From: Tubiluchus corallicola
Lineage: Eukaryota > Animalia > Priapulida
DNA length: 64,000 nucleotides
Direction: 5' to 3'
Assembly (NCBI GenBank): GCA_030141605.1
Contig: JAQGDQ010000291.1
Coordinates: 229,071-293,070, forward strand
The position numbers were made by a program, and so were the translations under genes. This document shows positions 38,422 to 59,889 of this stretch, piece by piece; within the stretch, counting starts at the first letter, position 1; every line of letters begins with the position of its first letter. Under the pieces are notes generated by a model. It was not told the DNA's origin, did no database searches, and was given only the letters and a program-made list of their open reading frames with translations.

Positions 38422-41255
38422 ACTTGTAAAAATTTTGAATCTGTAATTAAACGTTCACTCTGTAAGTTGACGCATCTAAAATGAGTACGGAATTACGATA
38501 AGCACAGCGACTGCTCTATTCCGTTGACTCTTGTTCTCGTGTCCGGCACAGACAATCAACTTTTGACTAAAAGACAGTGAGTTAGATGCCTGGAAATAAT
38601 TCAGAAAGTATACTGGATCCAAAATCTTACAATTCAAATTTGAAATCCAAAAATTATGAAAAATCCTGTTCGATATGAATTCGAGTCTGTTCTTCGAATT
38701 TTGCAACTTGTTTGAACACTTCTGCTGACATTTTTGATGTTCGATAACTACAATAGCAGACGTTGAATGCGTCGTGTCATCTTTGCTATTATTTGCCACA
38801 ATATCATCAATTCCTTGAATAGTCTACAATGCATAATATCTACACTACATATTAACAACAATATGCTAGAATTCATACAATGAATACTAGTGCATTATTT
38901 TATTATTAACTTACTTCCAACTAAAATTGACTGAACACCTGAATTGTCTCCTGACTTCACACAAATCTACAGACAGACAACCCAAACCATAACTGGAATT
39001 GCCCAAGTTTTATAACTTAAGGCCTATATCCATAATTTTAAAATACGAGAATTAAACTAATGCTTAATTCGAATGACTAACTAATGTAAGTCTCGTGTGA
39101 GTAAATTTTGAAATTCTTGTATCTATCACCTTCAATTAAATTTTCAAGACGTCCTTTATAATGTATTAGTGTTATTTTAGGTTCTGATAATCATGCACAA
39201 TGATTTACAGCAATGACTATTTTATTTATTGGTGTATGTCTGGTAATGTTGACTTCTCTATAACTTTGCCATAGCTTATCCAAAGCACCAGCAAAGGTAG
39301 GAAAGTTGGGCGAGGAACTGGCCATTGCCTTTTTCAACTACAGGAGCCAGATCAACCCCTTGTAAAAAGTTATCTGGCTACACGCCATCTCACCTAATTA
39401 TCGGTGTCAGGCCAGCTACCTCTCATCGGTCCGCTAAGTTGCCCTGACAATTTTAGGATCTCTAGTTCACCACCCAAGCAAGATAATTATACCATCAGGT
39501 AATGTTGAAGCCGCCAACCACTTTAGAGTCTTCACTGACAGTCTTGGGATGCAATGGTAGCAGTTCAATCCCGGCAGTAATGGAGACCTTATGAGCCTTC
39601 CATGTTTGTTGGTATCCCAGAATCTCTGGCACTTCTCTCGACTTCATTCAATGTTGCTGCCAAGCCTTTCTTCTGAACCACTAACAAGAGTACACGGAAC
39701 TGATCCATGTGATCAAACTTCTTTGGCCAAATGGATTACAAGTGATGCTGGAATCTGGCGTTAGAATTTTACATGAATGACACCAGGGCAGCTTTTGGGA
39801 ACTTTAAACCTTTCTGTTAGTTTGCCACTCCACTCAGTTTTCCCCATCCTCTCCCATGCCAGGCTTGTCAGCTCTTTGCCAATGCTCAAGAGGTTTCCCT
39901 CAGATGCAAGCACTACTTTGTGGCACTTAACAAACAACTTCCTCTATTCCCTGATAGCCTTATGCAGTTTGACATCTGCACAGAGTCTCTTTCTCCAGAT
40001 GAATTAGCTTGCCATTTACACACTCCCTCGGTTCAGGCTCACGGCATGGATGGCATAACCTCTGAAAAGCTGAAGGACGATTCCAAAACTGCCTCACTCT
40101 GGCTTTCTCACTTCTATAAATTATTTTTACTCCAACGGCTGGGAGAATATTTCAGGGAAAACCCTTCTAGTCATTTGGAAAATGGCTGTCCTCTGTATTC
40201 CTCTTCTGCAACTAGTGATCACCGTGTGAAGTCCTCTCTTCGACCACATAGTAACTATCTCGGTCAAAAAAGTCCCTTTTGCTGCCCTTCCTGTGGCGGG
40301 GAACGAAGTGGTCTCGTCTCATGAACGCCGACGTCTCACTAGGGTCAAGCAGCTGCATGGTATCGGTAGCTCGGTGGGATCCCTTAGCCGATCTGATTGA
40401 CTTCATTAATGTCAGATCTCCTTCCGTGGCTGGTCGAAGCTGATTGTGGGCGGTTACTTAACAGCAGATAAAAGAGAGTAAAAACAAACAGTAATACCCC
40501 GATCTGAGGTTAATCTTCTAAAGTTTGGAATTGTTGGATACTTAGCTTCAAAATAGCTTCAAAACTTGAGTCGTAAGAAAATCCGAAATACCATTAAAAT
40601 TTTCTATGTTAAGCTAACATATTATAGGCGCATAGCTTATAAATTTTTCAACTAGGCCTACCTGTGGTGTATTTACCTACTCATTAAAATTCACCAAACT
40701 AGTCCTCCCTTCAAAATTGTAATTACTCCCCCTAACTAAATTATAGTGATTTATTTCTTTGCTCAGTCTTAGCTGTATCTAAAATATTGGTATTTTTAAC
40801 GTATACAGAGGCTATAGTATAGAATGCTCGCACTTGCGATACAAATATTTTAGCCTTTCAGAAATCTAAAAGAGATATTTTGCTTTTAACAAACCGGCTA
40901 GACTACTATCGATCATAGTCACGGCGATGAAGACATTAATATTAAAGGATTGTTGACAGGGTGACTTTTACCATTCTTGTCGTGTTACTGAGCCTCGACA
41001 CAAATAGTTTTACATTTGTTTTGTTAAAAAATTGTCGTGTTGCGATTCTTGGACAAAACAAAAAGAAAACATTTTAAAAAGTTGAATATTAAATGGTTAT
41101 CAATGACGAATTTAGCCATAAGCGTTACAGTTTGTTGACAGCCACTTTTGACACGAAATAAAAAATAAACTAAAAATATCCGCAAGTTAAATTTGTAACG
41201 TCTCAGACGGTGCCTTGATCTTCAATAAAGCATAACATCAGGTGATCGCAGAGCG

Positions 41256-41602
41256 CTGCCCTGGATTAACGATTAAGCAAACTAAGCACGTGTTTAGGGG
41301 AAACAGGGTCCCACGTAATTTTTTCAAATCGAGTAATAACCCAAAATTAAAACGTGTTTCATAATATGTTTCAAGTACGATAATGCTTATGAAAATGTGT
41401 TGATACTGAAACTAGGATAATATTACTTTCGATTTTATTGGCATTTGCTCTAAATAAATCTTACTGCAAGTTTTTCTTTTAAATTTCGAAAGATAAAATC
41501 TCATTTTACAGTTTAGTATGTTTTTATTCTGAATTACACGTATATGGGGGGGGCATAATCTTTTCAGCTCTTAGGGCCTCCTGAGGTACTAATTTAGCCT
41601 TG
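41256..41602. mobile_element. Degenerate hAT-like MITE
   Basis: Left CCCTGGATTAACGATTAAGCAAACTAAGCACGTGTTTAGGGG and right CTTAGGGCCTCCTGAGGTACTAATTTAGCCTTG resemble the CAGGGCCGGATTAA...TTAATCCGGCCCTG pattern. Confidence 0.4.
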
Positions 41603-42434
41603 GGAGAGTGCAAAGCAACTCAGTGTCATGATGACTTCCAAGGCAAAATTTAACGCTAAAGAAATTTCCAATCTATAGCGATGTATAGCGATCTCTCCAT
41701 TGAATTTAGTAAACCTATTTAATCGCGTTGCAGATAGAAGCTTCATAGACAATTTTCAGTCTTGTTTGACGTTCAATACAGGCTGTATAGCTTAGCGTGT
41801 GTTTAGTACAAAAACGTCAGAAAAACTGCTGCAAGAACTAGAACTTTTTGACGCTTTTAATTCACTATTTCTGCTAAAAATGCCCAAAGCAGCCGCCTAG
41901 CAGCGCCCATGAATGTGCAATTTCCGAATGATATAATTTCACACGAATTCGCTAATTAATTTAACCCTTATAGCAAGGTCCACTCATTTTAACGATCTTG
42001 TAGAACGGTTAATACAGCTATTGATAAATCACACAAGAGAGAGAGCCACGATCGTCGGTAAAAGAAAGTACTGAGTTCTAGAAACGCCACAGACTGAATT
42101 TTGTACAAGAAACCACCATCAAGAAGTAAATTGCAATCTACAATCAAAAATAACAAGATACTACTATGATGCCGAGACTATCTTTGTCTCAAGGAAAGAG
42201 TTATTATTTGTGACTCTCAATAAAGTAATACCAGAGTAGGAAGAGTTTTAATTTGTGACTTTTAAGAAATGGACACACGGGTAGAAAGAGTTATTTTCAT
42301 TGTCCGACTGAGCAAAGATGTGAACCAGAAAATCGCCAGAATGGGTAACGCGTTAGGATTCGTTGCTGCTGTTGCTGGGCAAAAGTTTCACAGGGAAAAT
42401 TATTGGTTCGTAAAATGCTGGAGGCCATTTAAAC

Positions 42435-42508
42435 CGTATATAATAAATGTGATCCCTGGATTTGCTCCTTGTAGGGCGTGCGAGCAGGAGCTGCTGAACG
42501 AAGGTAAG
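42435..42508 (+). promoter_or_regulatory. Putative TATA-like box and short non-coding first exon of the lectin gene
   Basis: TATATAATAAAT at about 42437, followed about 65 nt later by a consensus donor AAG|GTAAGT (42502/42503). Next acceptor is tttttag at 44881, ahead of the ATG exon. Confidence 0.4.
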
Positions 42509-42587
42509 TTTTTAATGGTTCTTCTGATTTTGATCATTTGCGATGTGATTTTTACAAGTTATTTGCTGGTTAAAAAGTTTACAAGTT

Positions 42588-44400
42588 CCAGTCTAGTCTA
42601 TTCTACTCTACTCTGCCCTACTCTAATCTAATCTAATCTAGTTCAGCCTAGTTTAATCTAATCTAATCTACTCTCTACTTTACTCTACTCTACTCTGCTC
42701 TGCTCTGCTCTGCTCTGCTCTGCTCTGCTCTGCTCTGCTCTGCTCTGCTCTGCTCTGCTCTACTCTACTCTACTCTACTCTACTCTACTCTACTCTACTC
42801 TACTCTACTCTACTCTACTCTACTCTACTCTACTCTACTCTACTCTACACTACTCTACTCTAGTCTAGTCTAGTCTAGTCTAGTCTAGTCTAGTCTAGTC
42901 TAATCTAATCTATTCTTATCTAGTCTAGTCTAGTCTAGTCTAGTCCAGTTGAGTCCAGTCTAATCTATTCTACTCTGCTCTGCTCTGCTCTACTCTACTC
43001 TACTCTACTCCACTCCACTCCACTCCACTCCACTCCACTCCACTCCACTCTACTCTACTCTACTCTACTCTACTCTACTCTACTCCACTCCACTCCACTC
43101 CACTCCACTCCACTCTACTCTACTCTACTCTACTCTAGTCTGGTCTAATCTATTCTTATCTAGTCTAGTCTAGTCTAGTCCAGTTGAGTCCAGTCTAATC
43201 TACTCTACTCTACTCTACTCTACTCTACTCTACTCTACTCTACTCTACTCTACTCTACTCTACTCTACTCTACTCTACTCTACTCTACTCTACTCTACTC
43301 CACTCCACTCCACTCCACTCCACTCCACTCTACTCTACTCTACTCTACTCTACTCTACTCTACTCTACTCTACTCTACTCTACTCTACTCTACACTACTC
43401 TACTCTACTCTAGTCTAGTCTAATCTAATCTATTCTTATCTAGTCTAGTCTAGTCTAGTCTAGTCCAGTTGAGTCCAGTCTAATCTATTCTACTCTGCTC
43501 TGCTCTGCTCTACTCTACTCTACTCCACTCCACTCCACTCCACTCCACTCCACTCCACTCCACTCCACTCTACTCTACTCTACTCTACTCTACTCTACTC
43601 CACTCCACTCCACTCCACTCCACTCCACTCTACTCTACTCTACTCTACTCTAGTCTGGTCTAATCTATTCTTATCTAGTCTAGTCTAGTCTAGTCCAGTT
43701 GAGTCCAGTCTAATCTACTCTACTCTACTCTACTCTACTCTACTCTACTCTACTCTACTCTACTCTACTCTACTCTACTCTACTCTACTCTACTCTACTC
43801 TACTCTACTCTACTCTACTCTACTCTACTCTACTCTACTCTACACTACTCTACTCTAGTCTAGTCTAGTCTAATCTATTCTTATCTAGTCTAGTCTAGTC
43901 TAGTCTAGTCCAGTTGAGTCCAGTCTAATCTAGTCTACTCTGCTCTGCTCTGCTCTACTCTACTCTACTCTACTCCACTCCACTCCACTCCACCCCACTC
44001 CACTCCACTCTACTCTACTCTACTCTACTCTACTCTAGTCTGGTCTAATCTATTCTTATCTAGTCTAGTCTAGTCTAGTCCAGTTGAGTCCAGTCTAATC
44101 TACTCTACTCTACTCTACTCTACTCTACTCTACTCTACTTTACTCTACTCTACTCTACTCTACTCTACTCTACTCTACTCTACTCTACTCTACTCTACTC
44201 TACTCTACTCTACTCCACTCTACTCCACTCCACTCCACTCCACTCCACTCCACTCCACTCCACTCCACTCCACTCCACTCCACTCCACTCCACTCCACTC
44301 TACTCCACTCTACTCTACTCTACTCCACTCCACTCCACTCCACTCCACTCCACTCCACTCCACTCCACTCCACTCCACTCCACTCTACTCTACTCTAATC
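42588..44400. repeat. Compound pentanucleotide satellite (TACTC/CACTC/TGCTC/TAGTC/TAATC) with higher-order structure
   Basis: 5-bp phase kept over about 1.8 kb. Confidence 0.95.
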
Positions 44401-44957
44401 GTGTTCAAAACGAATCTATCTGTGACTTATAAACTTGCCTTCTAAAAGTAAGCTGTTGAAGCACACATGTATGCTTTAGTTTTTTTCATGACGAAATATT
44501 TTTGCGAATTTTGTTATTTGCCTCATTTTTCAAATTTATTCCTGTTTGATGAGGAGCCTAAATGATTTTAGAATGTCAGAAAAATTCGTGGTCTTACAAG
44601 CTGGTTATTTCTGGAAGGTATCCCGGAAGAGTGCAAAATGTTGACTTACGAAGTATGAAGAGTAGTGTTAGTCTGTAGCGTCTAGCTTATAATTATACTA
44701 CAACATTTATGAATACCAGGCCCAAAAATGTACTATATTTATAATAGGCACTAAAATTAAAATTTTGATTGATTCATTTATTTACAGACAATTTTAAATC
44801 TTTTGTTCTAGTACAAACTGCAAGGTCCAATGTGAAATCAATGAATATGCAAAATATGGTCTTCAATTTTATGATTTTTAGGACTGCGACAACAACCGGC
44901 ATACTCAAGCCGCTGCAGCCAATCAACAGGTCCCACGTGTCGAAGTAAACATTCGAA

Positions 44958-54987
<10,030 letters not shown>

Positions 54988-56482
54988 ACCAACCGATTCG
55001 TGTTCGTCCATAATAATAACGACGCATGGTCGACTGTGGCTGCGTCTTACTACTACACATAAACGCCATAGATGCTACATATCGGTTAGAATAACAAACT
55101 GGAATACCATTAGAAAAAGGATAATTATAGTAATGTAGATTTAGCAAGACTTATTTTTGAAGTATAAAGGACACGATTTAAGCACTCGTACAGCAAGAAG
55201 GTTATGAAACTCGAAGAACTGTAAATCTAATCTGTAAATGTTCCAGAATTGATTTAAATTTTGTGCAAGGCTTCTAAGAAATTTGACAGGGAAATTATAA
55301 CTGAGTTTTATTATAGGTCTTTGGCATTTGACTGTGATAGATACATCTTTACCGACAAATTTCTTTCATTGACTACGTCAGTATAAAACACGTCTACTCT
55401 CGATTCATTTGCGAGTTTTTTTTAGCAATTTGTGTTGTTATCATTTTGTACTGGTAGTTATAGTAGGCGCAATACGGAGATAATAGGTAAACGACTAAGT
55501 TTGTTCTTATGATATGTTATAAACTACATAGTAAATGTGTTGTAAAGGAGATTCAGCCATAAAAATTATGTACGTAATTATGTATTGTGAACGCAATACC
55601 GGTGAAATGTGTTCTAATTTAATAAAGGCTTTTTGTGTTCAAGACTTAAAACTAAACATTTGTTTCAGCAGTTTATTTGCGTGGATTTTAATTACTTTTT
55701 ATGTACATTGCAGGCCAGAACGTTACATTATGACATGATATTACATTACAATTCGTTACGTTATATTAGAAAACTTATATGTCATGAGATAAACTTGAAT
55801 TTTGCGAATATAACTGCTCACTGAATTACACGTCTTATATTGGAACGTTTCTGTGGTTGTGTTCATTACTATTTAATATTAACTAAGTCTATCTGCTTTG
55901 CAAAATGTTCTATATACATATGTAAAGTAATGGATAGATTTTTAAGCAGAACCCGTTCATTCGAGTATATATATTAGAAATGTACTACTGCACTAAATAG
56001 CTAGAAAAAGTATCATTTTTTTAATCTCGGCGTTTTATTACAGAAACACGTATGTTGGACAAGTTAGTTCAGCACTTGTAGCAGCTATTATTGATTTATT
56101 GATCCTAAGAATTATTGATTTTTAAATGACAGCTATTTATTACAACAATGTAAAAACTGCACAGCAAAATCAATATAATATAAAAATTGAAAACTTAGAC
56201 AATTATACAAACTAGTCGCAGGTCTCAGAGCAGCGAATACTCGTCGTAAAATACAACACACAATTATTACAATCATCATATTGCAATGAAATTATTAATT
56301 TTTACAACACAGTGTTAATTGCATGTATTACCTGCAGCAAAGGTGAAAAGCTTCCTGATTCTGAAACTGAAGTGCATTCCAAGTAAGGAAAGTATAGACA
56401 AAAACAGCAAGCAAACAATACGTCAAAAAATTACAGTACATCAATAATAATAAATAACTTCCGACTATTTCTCTTTTGCCTC

Positions 56483-57006
56483 TTAAAGGAAAGGCCAAGT
56501 CCTATGGGAAGTTTCGCTCATCTCCATGTTCACGAAAAATGCAAGAAAGGTTCAGTAATAAAAGTGCAATAAGTGTCTGGTGCAAAAAGTTTTAAAATCG
56601 CGATTATTTCACGCTTGAACGCTCTTATTTTAAACGTCAAAGTTTCCACCAATGATGTCATTTGTCGACTGAAAAGCAAATAAGAAGCTTTTGCAAAAAA
56701 TTAGACAGCTAATTTTGTGATATTTTTGTATGAACACTAGGTAAAGTGCAGAAATATGAATTAGCTCATGAAGCGTGGGTGCTTACGGAAAGCTACGATG
56801 TGCTAACGAAAAGTCACGAAGTCCACCAGTTACGTCATGATTTTCAAGTGAATGGCGGTTGCGCCTGACAACTTCTATACAGCGGCAGTATAAATGAACT
56901 TTAAGCTTTTGACAGTTTTTGCAAATTTCTTTCTTTACGTTTTCTAAATTTAAGAGATAGTAGTAAAATAAACACAACATGCGAAATGACGTGTCCTTTC
57001 CTTTAA
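56483..57006 (-). mobile_element. Kolobok-like MITE family A, copy 4 (intact TIRs)
   Basis: TTAA-AGGAAAGGCCAAGTC ... GACGTGTCCTTTCCT-TTAA (TIR 13/15). Confidence 0.85.
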
Positions 57007-57082
57007 TTTCACTCATTTCTACGAGTACTGGTTAATTTACCCAGCTGTTTTACTTAAGCTATCATCTAGGAATACATGTCGT

Positions 57083-58744
57083 TTAGCTATTGTAACCTTG
57101 GTGTTTGTTGCTAGGCTGCTGTTTACCTAGATAGCCAAAGCCATTAGGCTCAAAATAGATGACATCGTTTCTTGTCTTTTCTTCGGGTACTTGTATTTCT
57201 GTGATCTGTTCCATAAATTCTCCTCCTGCAATGACTGGTTCTGGGCGCGCTGTTATTGTTGGGAGTGGTGGTAACCTGGTTGCCAAAGTGGGCAGTGGTC
57301 TTGTTGCCCTTGTGGGTGGAGGCCTAGTCGCCCTTGTTGGTGGCCTGGTTGCCCTTGTGGGTGGAGGTCTAGTTGCTCTTGTTGGTGGCCTGGTTGCCCT
57401 TGTGGGTGGAGGCGGAGTCGCTCTTGTTGGTGGCCTGGTTGCCCTTGTGGGTGGAGGTCTAGTTGCTCTTGTTGGTGGCCTGGTTGCCCTTGTGGGTGGA
57501 GGCGGAGTCGCTCTTGTTGGTGGCCTGGTTGCCCTTGTGGGAGGAGGTCTGGTTGCTCTTGTGGGTGGAGGTCTAGTCGCTCTCGTTGGTGGTCTGGTTG
57601 CCCTTGTGGGTGGAGGTCTAGTTGCTCTTGTTGGTGGCCTTGTTGCCCTTGTGGGAGGAGGTCTAGTTGCTCTTGTAAACGGCCTAGTTACTCTTGTGGG
57701 AGGAGGTCTAGTTGCTCTTGTTGGTGGCCTTGTTGCCCTTGTGGGAGGAGGTCTAGTTGCTGTTGTAAACGGCCTAGTTACCCTTGTGGGTGGCGGCCTC
57801 GTTGTTCTTATTATTGGTCTAGTTACTGGAACTCTTGTGATTCTAACTGGAAGTGGACTAGTTGCACCTGGCTCCTGTGAAAGGTAACCTTTATGCTTGA
57901 AACTATCTTCCTGTTTATAAAGTCGGTTATACTGATCTTCATCTACTAACCGAATTTTACCTGGAATTGGTCGCTCGCGCTGTTCTTCAATATTAAATGC
58001 AAACTCTGTAGTTGGGGCCTCAGTTGTTCGAGGAGAAGTAGGTGCTATTGTGGTTCTTCTGAAAAAACGTCTTGTTGTAGGTGCCATTGTTGTTCTTGGC
58101 GGCAACGTTGTTGCTAATGTGGTCCTTCTAAAGAAAGGTCTCCTTGTTGTAGGTGCCATTGTTGTTCTTGGTGGCTGAGTTGTTAGTAATGTGGTCCTCC
58201 TAAAGAAGGGTCTCCTTGTTGTGGGTGCCATTGTAGTTCTTGGTGGCTGAGTTGTTAGTAATGTGGTCCTCCTAAAGAAGGGCCGTCTCGTTGTAGGAGC
58301 CATTGTAGTTCTTGGCGGCTGAGTTGTTAGTAATGTGGTCCTCCTAAAGAAGGGCCGTCTCGTTGTAGGAGCCATTGTAGTTCTTGGTGGCTGAGTTGTT
58401 AGTAATGTGGTCCTCCTAAAGAAGGGCCGTCTCGTTGTAGGAGCCATTGTAGTTCTTGGTGGCTGAGTTGTTAGTAATGTGGTCCTCCTAAAGAAGGGCC
58501 GTCCCGTTGTAGGAGCCGTTGTAGTTCTTGGTGGTAATGTGGTCCTTCTGAAAAAGCGCTCCCTTGTAGTTGGCGCGATCGTGGTAAGAGCACGTCTCGT
58601 CGTAGACGTGAGACGAACTGGCAAAGGTGGCTGAGGTGGTTCATCATCGTCAGTCTGAGTGATGTAACCGCCATGTTTTCTGCTAAATTCTTGCTTGTAC
58701 AGTACATTATATTGACTTCCTGGGATTTCTTGAGTGTTAACCAA
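57083..58744 (-). CDS. Thr/Arg/Pro-rich mucin-like repeat protein, main exon (about 553 aa)
   Basis: Strong acceptor (T)10CAG before 58744. Contains 24-aa repeats RRPFFRRTTLLTTQPPRTTMAPTT and 7/8-aa repeats TRATRPP(P), whose copies differ mainly at synonymous sites (AGG/AGA, GCA/GCG). Unique spacers keep the frame open. Confidence 0.8.
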   Translation of the reverse strand: MVNTQEIPGSQYNVLYKQEFSRKHGGYITQTDDDEPPQPPLPVRLTSTTRRALTTIAPTTRERFFRRTTLPPRTTTAPTTGRPFFRRTTLLTTQPPRTTMAPTTRRPFFRRTTLLTTQPPRTTMAPTTRRPFFRRTTLLTTQPPRTTMAPTTRRPFFRRTTLLTTQPPRTTMAPTTRRPFFRRTTLLTTQPPRTTMAPTTRRPFFRRTTLATTLPPRTTMAPTTRRFFRRTTIAPTSPRTTEAPTTEFAFNIEEQRERPIPGKIRLVDEDQYNRLYKQEDSFKHKGYLSQEPGATSPLPVRITRVPVTRPIIRTTRPPPTRVTRPFTTATRPPPTRATRPPTRATRPPPTRVTRPFTRATRPPPTRATRPPTRATRPPPTRATRPPTRATRPPPTRATRPPPTRATRPPTRATPPPPTRATRPPTRATRPPPTRATRPPTRATPPPPTRATRPPTRATRPPPTRATRPPTRATRPPPTRATRPLPTLATRLPPLPTITARPEPVIAGGEFMEQITEIQVPEEKTRNDVIYFEPNGFGYLGKQQPSNKHQGYNS

Positions 58745-58823
58745 CTGAAAAAAAAAACAATTGAACGTTTTCAAGTTTATAGTTTATGTAATTTCATTCG
58801 TTCCACATGTCAAAGTAATTGCA

Positions 58824-59155
58824 ATATATATATATATATATTGTATTGTATTGTATTGTATTGTATTGTATTGTATTGTATTGTATTGTATTGTATTGTA
58901 TTGTATTGTATTGTATTGTATTGTATTGTATTGCATTGCATTGCATTGCATTGCATTGCATTGCATTGCATTGCATTGCATTGCATTGCATTGCATTGCA
59001 TTGCATTGCATTGCATTGCATTGCATTGCATTGCATTGTATTGTATTGTATTACATTGCATTGCACTGCACTGCACTGTATTGCACTGCACTGCATTGCA
59101 TTACATTACATTGCATTGCATTGCATTGCATTGCATTGCATTACATTACATTATA
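58824..59155. repeat. (AT)n followed by (ATTGT)n/(ATTGC)n microsatellite
   Basis: Seen directly in the sequence. Confidence 0.95.
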
Positions 59156-59320
59156 CAATAGCATGTGACATTCCAAACAGCAGGCCTGTATATTTACGGT
59201 GCAAGTGGTATAGCAAGTCACGTGATGTGCAAAAGCATAACATACAAGTGAAGCTGACGACAGATAAGAGATTCGCAGCGAGGACGGAGATGGTAATGCA
59301 GTAACACGTAAAGTTCTTAC

Positions 59321-59349
59321 CTTAACATTAACTAGTGTATGGGCTGCTA
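59321..59349 (-). CDS. Probable micro-exon of the mucin-like gene (AAHTLVNVK)
   Basis: Donor AAG|gtaaga in phase 0 matches the main exon; tandem acceptor TAGTAGCAG, all three AGs in the same frame. Confidence 0.45.
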
Positions 59350-59889
59350 CTATAACAGGTGTACTAACATATGTACTAGCAATACACAGATACAATGCAA
59401 CAAAGGATGATCATGTCCCGCACACATAAAATCGTCACAACGATATTAACTAGCATTGTAGAAATTGCGAATACAACAGTTTATCAACAGACAGGTTTCT
59501 GAATAGATGTTAAGAAAAAAAAGCATTTGTCATATCTATTAAAAGCAAAATAACTATGTGTGAAAACCTTGTCCGCAACACAGCGTGGGTGAATATTTAA
59601 CAAACGAGCAAATATCATACATCGTGGTACGATTAGCTTTGACTAAATTTCGTGGACGAGTTGTGTCTGTAAATGTGCTCGGATATGAATGATAATCAGA
59701 TTAAGAACATACGAATTATTACAACTTTTATGATAAACCTTCGGCTTTTTAATTATTATTTTCAAAAGATTAAAACTGTTCAGTTTGTGCAGACTCGCGT
59801 TTCTAGTTTAAGCTTTCGATTAATTGTTACAAGCTATAGACTATATATATATATAGACTATATTACGCTATAGCGTAAGAAAATACAGA

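Noticed and set aside
38476-38799. 107-aa minus-strand ORF upstream of HDHD2
   Set aside because: No ATG start and no recognisable motif; probably UTR or intron.
42269-42631. 120-aa plus-strand ORF upstream of the lectin gene
   Set aside because: No recognisable similarity; runs through a donor site into a microsatellite; the lectin has its own signal-peptide ATG at 44958.
57159-57887. Plus-strand GGLVALV hydrophobic ORF
   Set aside because: Antisense shadow of the minus-strand Thr/Arg/Pro exon, which is much longer and has a strong splice acceptor.
58673-59304. CIVLY/CIALH and MQCNA repeat ORFs
   Set aside because: Translations of pentanucleotide microsatellites.
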